Below are positions 27,838 to 38,866 of a stretch of DNA of 64,000 nucleotides, one piece after another. The notes under the pieces were generated by a model. It was not told where the DNA came from. It did not search any database and saw nothing but the letters and a program-made list of their open reading frames with translations. Position 1 is the first letter of the stretch; the number at the start of each line of letters is the position of its first letter. The stretch comes from Azolla caroliniana (lineage: Eukaryota; Plantae; Polypodiophyta). The stretch covers positions 3,520 to 67,519 of the forward strand of contig JBHGNT010000141.1 in the NCBI GenBank assembly GCA_043228905.1, written 5' to 3'. The translations under genes were made by a program, and so were the position numbers.

Positions 27838-27892
<55 letters not shown>
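27838..27892. repeat. (CT)n tract in the promoter/5'UTR of the G-beta gene
   Basis: Read directly from the sequence, ~350 bp upstream of the ATG at 28245. Confidence 0.9.
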
Positions 27893-27893
<1 letters not shown>

Positions 27894-28244
27894 ATTCATT
27901 AGAAATTTAGATGAACTAACTGAGTTTGGGCCAAAAACACACATAGAAGAAAAAAAACACTCTAAGGAAACCAAAAAGAAAGGGATAAAAAGACACACAC
28001 AACACAACAAAACAAAACACAAAGGGAAACCAAAAGAAAGGGAGAAACAGGGGAAAACAGAGTCCTTTTCCTCATTTCTCTTCTTTCCCCCAATCCTTGC
28101 ATCTTCCTTTGCAGTTGTATGAAGAAGATGAGAATCAAAGGTGCCATGAAGGAACATGATCTTCTGCAATCCCTTTGGATTTAGCCCTCATTGATTCAGA
28201 CTCTGCCCAAAAAAGCAGAGACTTTCTTTGCTCTTCATCGATCT

Positions 28245-31200
28245 ATGGCCACTCTTTCTGAATTCCATCATCAAGCAAAATCAAAGGCCTCCAGCTTGAG
28301 AGAGAAAGTTGAACAGAAACGTTCCCAGCTTATTGATACCGATGGTTGGTTCTCTGTTCCCATTTTCCTTTATTGGTTGTTTTAGATTTCTTTAGGTTTT
28401 GCTTTTTGGTTGTTTCTAGGCATGCCCAAAGAGCAGTGCTATTGGGTGTTTTAGTTACATTTTTGTTTTCCACATGAAGACAGGAAAATCTCTGATGTTT
28501 TTCTTGTTTCTCAACTTACCCCTGGGCTTGACATGTGAAGCATTTTTGTGCGTTGCTTTGCTTTTTTATTTGTGATCCTTATAACTCGATTTTGTATCTG
28601 TTTAACAGTTTCTTCTTATGCCCGAGCGAATGGAATGATACCCGTGAAATTCCAGCCGAACGGTTTTGTCTGTTGCCGAACGCTTAGAGGGCATACAGGC
28701 AAAGTACATATTGGTGGTTCTATTTACTGAATTTTGTGCCATTCTAATAGAAAAAAAAGGAACCCAACTATATACTCTAGAAAGCACAAAAATATTAGTC
28801 TAATATTTTCAGTTTTCACAAATTTTAACTTTGTTCTGGAAAATGTTACTCAGTAAATTCTTGTTAATTTATCAAATCTTTTGAACAACTTCATTGTAAA
28901 AAAATTAATAAAAAATTTCCACAAGCCATGAGAAATGGCCATTTTGGGGAATATTTTTGTTAGGTTTTAATCAGTATAAGCTTTATTGTTGTGCAAAATA
29001 TGCCATGTTGCCAATGCTGAGGCCATGGATTGAATCTATTTTCGAAACAAACCTTAGAGATTTTCACAACTTTGTAATAGCCTGAAAATGGTTGTCCCTA
29101 ATGTAAGGGCACAAGATTCATTTTGCAAAGAATGCATAATATGCTCTTCATTGGCCTAATGTGTCCATCATTTAACAATTCATAGTCTTAATTGGCTTGC
29201 ATTAATAAAAACAATGCTAGTTCTACTAGCTCACGATGACATAGAATACTAAATAACATCAGATGACTCAAAAACAGAGTATGAACTTTTTCATTATTAT
29301 TGCAGGTCTACTCATTAGACTGGGCACAAGGGAAAGAACGAGTTGCAAGTGCTTCACAAGATGGTCATTTGATCGTTTGGAATGCCTTAACAGGTCAAAA
29401 GACACACTCTATAAAGCTCACCTGTTCATGGATAATGACATGTGCCTTCTCTCCCAGTGGGAAAGCAATAGTTTGCGGAGGGTTAGATTGTGTTTCGTCC
29501 ATCTATACATTGAACTCTGTTAAAGGGAGTGTCACTTCTGAACCAAAGATACTAAGAGGGCATAAAGGCTACATTTCTGGCTGCAAGTTCGTACCTCATT
29601 CAGATAGGGAGATCATTACGAGCTCTGGTGACAGCACATGTGCATTGTGGGAGATAGAGAGTGGTCGAAAAGTCATCGATTTTGGTGGTAATTTGGCATT
29701 GGGTCACAGGAGTGATGTGCTGAGGTGAGTCGATTCATCCCTTTGAGAAAACCCAATATTTCTGCCTGTGGTTTTGGCACTTATTGCATGAAGTTGGTGT
29801 ACCAAGCCATATCCAGTACCTAACAGGGTTGGTGCTAAACCAACTTTTCCATAATGTTCACAAATGCATATATACCACACAGCACCATACCTTACATGCA
29901 TATATACATACATACATACATACCGACATCCCATACCCACATACACACTCACCTTTGTACATTGACATACATATTGTGCATATACTTGGTCCTCTGTAAA
30001 GCCATCCATTACCATAACATACTATACTATACATGTATACCTACATTCCTACATACATATATCATGCTGTCCATTCTATCCCACAATACATTCAGACATA
30101 CATCCATGACATCTACACACACAAACATACATCCACTGAAGTGATGGAAATAAAGTCTGATCAGTATATCCATTTCCTGGCAGCTTATCTGTCAGTACAG
30201 CAAATCCAAAGCTGTTTGTATCAGGTTCATGTGACCAGACAGCACGGTTATGGGACATGCGCATCAATAAATCGGTACAGACTTTCCATGGCCATGAAGA
30301 AGATGTCAATACCGTACAGTTTCTCTCAGATGGCATTACATTTGGTACTGGGTCTGATGATAGCACATGTAGAATATTTGATACACGCACAGGACATCAT
30401 CTACAAGGATACAGAGATCAGTCTTTATCTGCTCAAAAAGCTAAGGCGCTTTCAATAGCTTTCTCGAATTCAGGGCGTCTCCTTTTTGCAGCATACTCTA
30501 ATGGAGATTGCTACATATGGGATAGTATCACAGCTGAGGTATCAGTTATTTTTACTCATATGTTTTTATGATTGTGTTTTGGGATCTGACTATTAGTTGA
30601 GAAACAAGACATGACACGCTAAAAAGCACAATATTAAAGCATTCCAAATACAATTTACACAGAGAACTACATTAGGTTTCTGTTAGGTAACCTCAATGTG
30701 AAGGGAAACACAAAAAAAATGATTGACGGCGAAATGATTATATATATGTCTGTATGTGTGTGTGCACACACATATGCATGTATGCACAATTTATTATTGT
30801 ATACACATGCATGTAAACTTATTTCTGGAAATTTCACATTTTATCAATCGACAAGTCACTGTATAACTGGTAAACTGCAAGGTTTATAGACTTTGAGGTC
30901 ATGGATGGGAACTCAATAAGCTAATTATTGGTTAGGACATATTTCTGTGGGAATACAGTTTAGTTTTTGTACATCCTTGGAAATGACACTACATGGCAAT
31001 GCAGATACAATATATATATATGTATTTATGTAGATAGGTAAATATAGATATACACTCATGCACACGTTCGCATATTCACACTCATACACTTGCATACACA
31101 AAGTAATATGCATACTTGCACAGGTGTACAAACACACATATATAGAGAGAGTTTGGCTTTCAGGTTGTCAGTAAGATGAGGAACCTGCCGCAATACCACA

Positions 31201-31407
31201 CACAAGTTGTAAGTTGCATAGGTCTAGCATCTGATGGAAGTGCCTTGTGTACAGGGAGCTGGGACCAAACACTGAAGGTTTGTGATATTTTTATGTATAG
31301 ATGGATGCTAATGCATGTATATAATTTGGTTATTGTTGTTTATCTTCTATGTTATTTTTGTGCAGATTTGGACATCCAAAGGCACAATAACGAAGGCTTT
31401 TGGTTGA
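28245..31407 (+). CDS. AGB1-like: Heterotrimeric G-protein beta subunit (WD40), 374 aa, 6 exons (28245-28344, 28609-28703, 29306-29724, 30184-30538, 31164-31277, 31366-31407)
   Basis: CCRTLRGHTGK|VYSLDW, SASQDG.LIVWNALT.QKTH, CGGLD, SGSCD.TARLWD, GTGSDD.TCR.FD.RTGH and DGSALCTGSWD. GT-AG introns with consistent phases (1125 nt). Confidence 0.96.
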
Positions 31408-32335
31408 GAGGTTGTGTGTATGCAATTTGCAAATCCATCCTAACTCAATGAACACAAGCAATGGTGTGACCGTGAACATGCGACTTTACATAATTGTGAT
31501 TTTGTATCCTACCCTTACATCATTTATGTACATCATTTCTCTGAAACTATAACGATGATTCATATCAAATGTTTTTTTGGTGTATTGTCCAGAGCCTCAG
31601 GAGTAGTATAGTAGATACAGATGGATACCATTTTCTTGAGCATGTGGACATTTGTGTATAAGTTTTTACAATTGTCTATTTGTTGCTTTTATTAAAATGC
31701 TGTTTTAAGATGGTTTATCTGACCACAAACCAATGGAGAAGCTTACAACGTGCATTTGACAAATTTAACAAATGGAGACACTTATTTGACCAACTCAACA
31801 AATGATTTCCCTAGTGTTCATGCATGGTAGAAGAATATCTCATATTGTTCAATGATTTGAGGCCACATCACACCTTGAGGTTATAGAAAGTGAGGTTGTC
31901 GAGCCACTTCTTATGGCTGGGTTTTTTTAGGTGTGCATGGATTTCAGACTAAACATATGCAATTACTAAAGACTTTTGAACTGCAAAACACAATTATGGT
32001 GAAGAAGTGGAGGCACATTATTGATCTTGTAAGATCTTAGCCCTCCATTTGCCTATCACTAGTTTAATTGCACTGAACACAATATACAGGTTCAAAAGTC
32101 CAAAACATTTGCCCAAAGCACACATCTAGATTATGTATGAGTCTAGGAGATTTTTATGGATGCATTGTTTTGCATGATGTTATTGTCGCAACACTTTTAC
32201 TAGGGCAAACAAAATTTCCTTGTTATAGAAGAATCTATTGTTTATACGTGTGTGTGTGTGTGTGTAGGAGGGAAGTTGGACCACATTCACAATGAACATA
32301 ATTAATGTTGTATTTGAAATCTCAACTTGTGGAAT

Positions 32336-32415
32336 GTAGTACGATGGTGCTATGAGGTTATAGAGGCAATGCTTGTATACAAGTACATGAACAATGGTAA
32401 TTTGGATGCTTATGT
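32336..32415 (+). pseudogene. Receptor-like kinase fragment (subdomains IV-V)
   Basis: Translates as WCYEVIEAMLVYKYMNNGNLDAY, matching the RLK consensus GWC.E..E.LLVYEYM.NGSLD. Confidence 0.75.
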
Positions 32416-32462
32416 GACGGTATGTCTATACATCAAATTTTATTTATATATATGTCTATACA

Positions 32463-33280
32463 TCCAATTTTATAAATATAGACAAAGAACAAATGATCCT
32501 TGCAAAGAACGAATGCAAGCTAATGCGTATATCATGAATGTAGCAAACAAGAAATTTGAAAGGGAAAGGGGACATGCCATATATAGCGAGATAGAGATTG
32601 TCTTACTTGTGTGGCCTTATAATTGTGTAGCCATAAACCACCTCTTGCTAGACCAACAACAATGCTTACAAATCTAGTAGAGTCCCACTTCAGCAAATAT
32701 GGAACAAATATAGGTCCAATTTTATAAATATAGACAAAGAACAAACGATACGTGCAAAGAACGAACCACAAGCTAATGCATATATCATGAATGTAGAAAA
32801 CAAGAAATTTGGAAGGGAAATGGGACATGCAATCTATAGTGAGATAGAGATGGTCTTACTTGTGGCATTATGATTGTGTAGCCATAAATCACCTCTTGTT
32901 AGGCCAACAACAATGCCCATGCCAAATCTAGTAGAGGTCTACTTCTGCAAATATGCAACAATTACAGGGCCATATTTAAAAATATAGACGAAGAACAAAC
33001 GATCCTTGCAGAGAACGAACCACAACCTAATGCATATATCATGAATGCAGCAAACAAGAAATTTGGAAGGGAAATGGGACATGCCATCATCTATAGTGAG
33101 ATAGAGATTGTCTTATTTGTGTGGCCTTGTAATTGTGTAGCCATAAATCACCTCTTGTTAGGCCAACAACAATGCCCATGCCAAATCTAGTAGAGGCCTA
33201 CTTCTGCAAATATGCAACAATTACAGGGCCATTTTTATAAATATTGACGAAGAACAAAAGGATCCCTGCAGAGAACGAAC
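32463..33280 (+). repeat. Tandem array of three full and one partial ~252-259-bp units derived from an RLK C-terminus
   Basis: Units start at ~32463, 32715, 32969 and 33228. Each full unit encodes, with frameshifts or stops, EIE.VLLV..LCSHK.PL.RPTTM (kinase subdomain XI-like). Confidence 0.85.
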
Positions 33281-33305
33281 GTGGCCTGCAAGAATCCATG
33301 GCGTG

Positions 33306-34934
33306 ATGCCCCCTTCTCCATCCATCCTAAACCTTATTCTTGGAGGAGAATCACGCCTGCCTCTCGCTTTGTATCAGAGAATCCATCACAATTGTGGATA
33401 TGTAGGTTCACGAACATGTGTGGCTTTGCTAAAGGTGTGTGGTCACCTCAAAGACCTAAATACAGGGTGTAGATTGCATCATCATGTTTTCTTCAAAGAT
33501 TTTATGAAAGATAACGCCTTTGTTACGAGTGCATTGATCCATATGTATGCCACATGTGGTTCGCTCGACAAGGCAAGAGAAATCTTCGATATGCTTTCGA
33601 CCCGCAATGTGGTCACCTGGAATGCGATGATCGGAGGATATGCACACCATGAATATAGTGAAGAGTCTTTATATTTTTATGAAGAAATGAAGCTTCAGCA
33701 TGTGTTACCTGATGTGGTTACATTTGCTTGTGCTCTAAAAGCATGTGGCTCTATTGCTAACCTCGAAACAGGGATTGAAATACATGTAGAAATATCTAGA
33801 AGAGCATTATTGAGAAGAAATATCTTTCTTGGTAGTGCATTAGTTGATATGTATGCCAAATGTGGTATGCTAGTTAAAGCACAAGAGGTTTTTAACACAC
33901 TTGAGGTGAGAAATGTTGTCACTTGGACATCGTTGATATCTGGATATGCACAATATGACCATGGTGAGAAAGCACTAGACTGTTTTGAGCAGATGAGATC
34001 TGATGGTACCTCACCGAATCTTGTTACGTATACTTGTAGTTTGAAAGCTTGTGCGGGTATTGGAGCTATAGAAATGGGCATAAGAATACATGGTGAGATT
34101 TCTAACAAGGGTTTGTTGAAAGCAGATGTTGGTATTGGTAATATATTAATAAATATGTACACTAAATTTGGTATGATATCAAAAGCTCAAGCAGTGTTTA
34201 ACTCTCTTCCAAATCGGAACTTAATTACTTGGACTTCATTGATAGCTGGATATGTTCAACATGGATATGGAAGGGCAGCACTAAAGTACTACGAAAAAAT
34301 GCAAGCTAATGGAATATATCCAGATGCAATAACATATGCTTGTAGCTTGAAGGCATGTGGTAATATAGGGGCGATAGATAAGGGTAGGAAGATACATTTG
34401 GAGATAGATCGAAATGGATTACTATCAAAGCACAACCTTACTCTTGGTTGTGCGCTCATCAATATGTATTCAAAATGTGGTTTTCTTGAGAAAGCTCAGC
34501 AAGTGTTTGACGCACTTCCTATTCAAAATTCATTCACATGGAATGCTCTAATTTCTGGATATGCTCAATGTGGAGAGATTGAAGATATCACATCTTATTT
34601 TGACATGATGATACAAAAAGGCCATAAGCCAGATCCAATCACTTTTTTGAGTATCTTGAATTCTTGTAGTCATGCAGGTCTAATAGAGAAGGGACAAACA
34701 TATTATCATGTGATGGCCCAGGTTTATGGTATCATACCTAATATTCTCCACTATGCATGTTTTATTGATGTTTTGGGACGGGCAGGTCAATTGGATAAAG
34801 TAGAGGCAATGATCCTGAAAATCCCCTTTTGTCCCAATACCGGTCTTTGGCTTTCTATGTTGGGTTCTTGTAAAAAATGGTGTGATGCAGATCTTGAGAG
34901 ATATGCCTTCAAACACGTGGTTGAAATTGAATGA
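33306..34934 (+). CDS. PLS-class pentatricopeptide repeat protein with truncated E extension, intronless
   Basis: Repeated P-L-S triplets (TWN.MI.GYA, TF.C.LKACG, G.ALVDMY.KCG), then IL.SCSHAGL, HYAC.ID.LGRAG and W.S.L..C..W. No DYW domain. Confidence 0.9.
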   Translation: MPPSPSILNLILGGESRLPLALYQRIHHNCGYVGSRTCVALLKVCGHLKDLNTGCRLHHHVFFKDFMKDNAFVTSALIHMYATCGSLDKAREIFDMLSTRNVVTWNAMIGGYAHHEYSEESLYFYEEMKLQHVLPDVVTFACALKACGSIANLETGIEIHVEISRRALLRRNIFLGSALVDMYAKCGMLVKAQEVFNTLEVRNVVTWTSLISGYAQYDHGEKALDCFEQMRSDGTSPNLVTYTCSLKACAGIGAIEMGIRIHGEISNKGLLKADVGIGNILINMYTKFGMISKAQAVFNSLPNRNLITWTSLIAGYVQHGYGRAALKYYEKMQANGIYPDAITYACSLKACGNIGAIDKGRKIHLEIDRNGLLSKHNLTLGCALINMYSKCGFLEKAQQVFDALPIQNSFTWNALISGYAQCGEIEDITSYFDMMIQKGHKPDPITFLSILNSCSHAGLIEKGQTYYHVMAQVYGIIPNILHYACFIDVLGRAGQLDKVEAMILKIPFCPNTGLWLSMLGSCKKWCDADLERYAFKHVVEIE

Positions 34935-35159
34935 GATGAATCTTTCACCTTATAGCTGTATATAGAACATTTTTATGCACATGCAAATTTAGTAGAGGGA
35001 GTTGGCATCATGTCAACGAAGCTAATGCCAATATCTCCTTGTGCGTTAATTTTTAATAAAACACAATATCAGAATTTTAATGATAAATATTTCATTTATT
35101 GACTTGATGAGAATAATGGTATATTAATTACACTGTCACAAAAATAGGGAGGGGGGTGA

Positions 35160-38156
35160 TTAAATTTTGTGTAGTTCTGACAATTTTTGTCTGAAAGGTT
35201 TAGTTTCTCTTTGGCATTGTTTATGCAAATTTGTGGGCCTACCAGATCTGCGATCTTCTGAACAAACATGGGATTTAGTTGATGGGTGACAATGACAATG
35301 ATACATACCACTAGAGTTCCTAGCAAATTTTGTTTGAGTGGCTGTTGAAGGTAACTTTGCGGTAGGGTTAAGGCTACGAGCAGATACGAGCAATTTTGGG
35401 CTAGCTTTCGGGGGTGAATTTGCAACATGAATGCCAGAGATATTCTTAAGTACAGGGATGGGTGGGAATCTCTTGTGATGCAACCTAGGGCTAATATTAA
35501 GGCTATACTTAGGGTTAGTGTTGGGGCTAGCATTAGTTTTATGGATAGGATTAAGGTTATGCTTAGAGCTATTGTTATGGTTAGGGTTAGAATTAGGTTT
35601 ATTGTTGAGCTTAGGTTGTGGGTTTGGATCAGAGTTTGAGTTAAGGCTACACTTAAGGTTAGCGTCAGGGTTGGGGTTGGGATTGGGGTTGGGGTTAGGA
35701 TCAAGGTCAGGGTTTGGGTTAAGGTTATGCTCAGGGTAAAGATTTCGCTTATTGTTAGGGGTAGGGCTGTTGTCAGAATCATGGTCAGGATCAGAAGACT
35801 TTTTGTTAGAAATCTCAACATCTACAATCCTGATCTTAGATGTCTGTGGAGTATACGAATGCGGACGCCCTGAACACCTGCCTCTGTGTGAGATATTAGG
35901 ATTTGGGTTGGGTGTGGAATTGGAAGCTATGGATGCCTTCCATTCAGGCTCTAGCCAAGAGCGAATGGTGGGGAGCGTGACAATGCGCATTCTAACACGC
36001 TGGTTTTTGCATTTGCCCCCTGTCACAAGAAATGCAAAGGCACCCTCAGCATCAAAGCCAGGTGACCCTTCGGCCCACCAATCATCACGTGCCTCTACCT
36101 CCATGTGGGTACTGCCACTGGTCACCACATGACCAGAACCAATTGTGAGCCTACGTTGGCCGCCTCCTGCAGAGCATTTCTCACTTCTGATTTCATTTAG
36201 ATTGTATCCCATGATGTAAACCTTGGCACCCACCTCAACAGTTTCAGGATCAAAGGTGCATGTGTCCAGACCCATGGGTTGCATCTCTGGTGTCATGTGC
36301 TCGCATGCTATCACAGTTAGATTCAGCTCAACATTTGTTGCAAAAAACCTGTGAAACATGAAACAAAACTATCCGAATTATCAGTCAGTCATCTCTCATC
36401 GCAACTTTCGGTTTAGTGCAAAGGCTTGAACATTGGTATACATTCACCAAATGTGTTCTTAAAGCAGAATTAATGATTCCTGTGGCATCTGGCTCTAATT
36501 TCCTATTATTCCCTGTGTTGCCTTACTAAAACCCTTCTATAGGGGGAGAAGTCTGAATTGACTAAAGGAACCAAAGTAAAGTTCAGTTCCAACGTAGTAT
36601 GTTATCACCTATTTGTTATTACTCTGTTACACACAATGCCTACTACATTGAAGGCTTACATTGCCTGCAAGCGAGGTGTTGAAGGAAGAAAATATGATTC
36701 TAGGGTGACTACAAGTTATGTAGACCAATGAGCACCACATCGAATATATTGCATTGCAGAAAGGATAGTTCTAATTGTGGCTACATTGAGGAACTTGTAT
36801 TCTACCGATAATGTCAGCTATTAATGACAACAAATGAAGAAAATACAGTTGGTCCTATAGTGACCACTATAGTTAACAAAAGCGCCACATTGAAGACATT
36901 GCATCGTAGAAAGGACAGTTCTAATTGTGACTACCTATCATGCCAGCTACCAGTCATCCAAGGATACAACATCAATTTGAGAGGACACATGGACATACAA
37001 AATTATGCTTATAAGGGAAGACAACACAAAATTTCACATCTGAAGGAACCATGCTGAAGCTCAAAAATGTAGAAGATGTTAAATGTCATCAAGAATGACA
37101 TGAACTTCTGAGATATATCAAATACACTCTTTTAAAGTCCATGGGCTGCAATATGAATTTGACAAGACGTCTCTAGGAGTTATATGCCCAGGCATAAATG
37201 TAAAAGATGTCTATGATGTCCAACATGAGATGTCTTCAGGAGCTATGCCAGCATTCAAATGGCTATGTTATGAATCATTGCAAGAATGCATTATGGAGTT
37301 ATGTCAGGGTTTTGAACTTAGGCACCTACCCATATAGCCTATGCACCCTACCCAGGGCCTATGCATCATGTTTACCAATCCAGTGTACCCAGAAAAAAGA
37401 AATGAAAAATGTAATAGTCAAAAAAACATATGGACCTAACCTTTGATTAACAAACACATTGGCTCACTCCAGAGCTTGTGGAAAATTCTTAATATTTTAT
37501 TTATCATTATAAAGTTGTGAGTCTTAGCATAGCATATATCAGAACGATGCGAAGGAGATGTTTGTATATAATTTGTTTATATGAACATACAAGTGAGGAA
37601 GGAATTTGCATCGGAGAAGGAGGTTGATGCCGGGATTCCCTGTGTCTTTGCCGATGTCAATGTCTCCACTTCCACTAGTCCGAGGACGAAGCTGCATTAA
37701 CTGAATTTCGGCATTCTCAACTGCTGCGATGGACGGAGCGATGGCATGAGTGGTGAGAAGTAGCCATGGATAAATCAACACTCCCACACCTTCCTTAATT
37801 CTCACCCTCCTCCTCCTCCTCCTCCTTTTCTTCTCCTTATAACAAAGGCTCTTCTTTGTCTCCTCATGGAAACTTCCTCTGACATCTTCTGTATCGTCTT
37901 TCCCATCCACCTCTTCGCCATCGTTCGTGGTAGTCGGCGCTTCCTCTTGATCACCACCACCATACCCATCCTTGATGGAGCAACTTGTGTTGAGACCTGT
38001 GATGAAAGCTATAGCAGAGTGTCTTCTGAGAGCTATGGCTAATCTGATATTTGGGGTGTTGTGATTCTGGTTGCGATCATGATGAGCATTGGGAAGGTTA
38101 TCAGCGTCATGGGTTGGTCTGAAACAGCACCAAATGTTGCTTCCTAGCAATCTCAT
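35160..38156 (-). CDS. Uncharacterised plant trypsin-like-fold protein with low-complexity Asn-Pro C-terminus, 584 aa, 2 exons (38156-37591, 36348-35160)
   Basis: GVGVLIYPWLLLTTH, AE.QL, FLPHL|FFATN.ELNLT and WAEGSPGFDAEG.FAF motifs resemble a plant trypsin-2-like family, from my recall. The GT-AG phase-2 intron joins the two ORFs in frame (1755 nt). Confidence 0.8.
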
Positions 38157-38866
38157 CTCCCCTCATCTAAATCAAATGAAACACATACATCTATGTATAT
38201 ATATATATTGTATGTGTGTGTGTGTGGGAGAGAGAGAGAGCTTTCTTGTTTTCTGTTGGCTATGGCGGTGGAAACAGAGCATGTATGTAAATCTTTTGAA
38301 GGGCAGTTTCTTCTGGTTTAGAAGGATTTTGGTTGGAGGTGCCCCTCCATATTTTTCTCACTATCTCTAGAGATTCACACTTGGCACTAAGAAAAGAAGA
38401 AGAAGAAGAAGAGAAAAGAAGAAGGCCCCCAACTTTGTGTTTATTTCCACGGCATGCCCCCAGGCTTTTCTCTTTATTTCCTCCTGACATGCCCCCCCCT
38501 ATCCATCGCCGCCATCACATGTGCAAGTTTCTTCTTCTTTTCCCCTCGGCCATTGGGGCCATATTTCACGAAACTCGCGGAAATGTACTTCCCCGGAATA
38601 CTTCGTCTGTATCCTGATGACTTTGAATCCAATTCTTAATGTGAAACGAGGTACATACCCACACACACACACATCATACAACAAAACTTCCAGTTTTATT
38701 ATGATTATCACAACAACAATGACCGATGGCAAGGAGCCATCTACATGTAACTAAAACCGTATGTACACCTGCAAACGTTGCAGTCAAAATACCCATGTGC
38801 ATGCATATCCTAGGCAAATTTTATTTTATATATATTTTACAATGAATGTAATAATTCGACGAAGAT

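Noticed and set aside
32463-33280. CRISPR-like or repeat-spacer array
   Set aside because: The units are contiguous ~255-bp tandem copies without unique spacers, in a eukaryotic context with no cas genes.
35096-35821. 241-aa Leu-Thr-rich ORF and antisense Leu-Gly ORFs as separate genes
   Set aside because: These are alternative frames of the hexamer repeat. The frame continuous with the conserved domain is 36348-35160.
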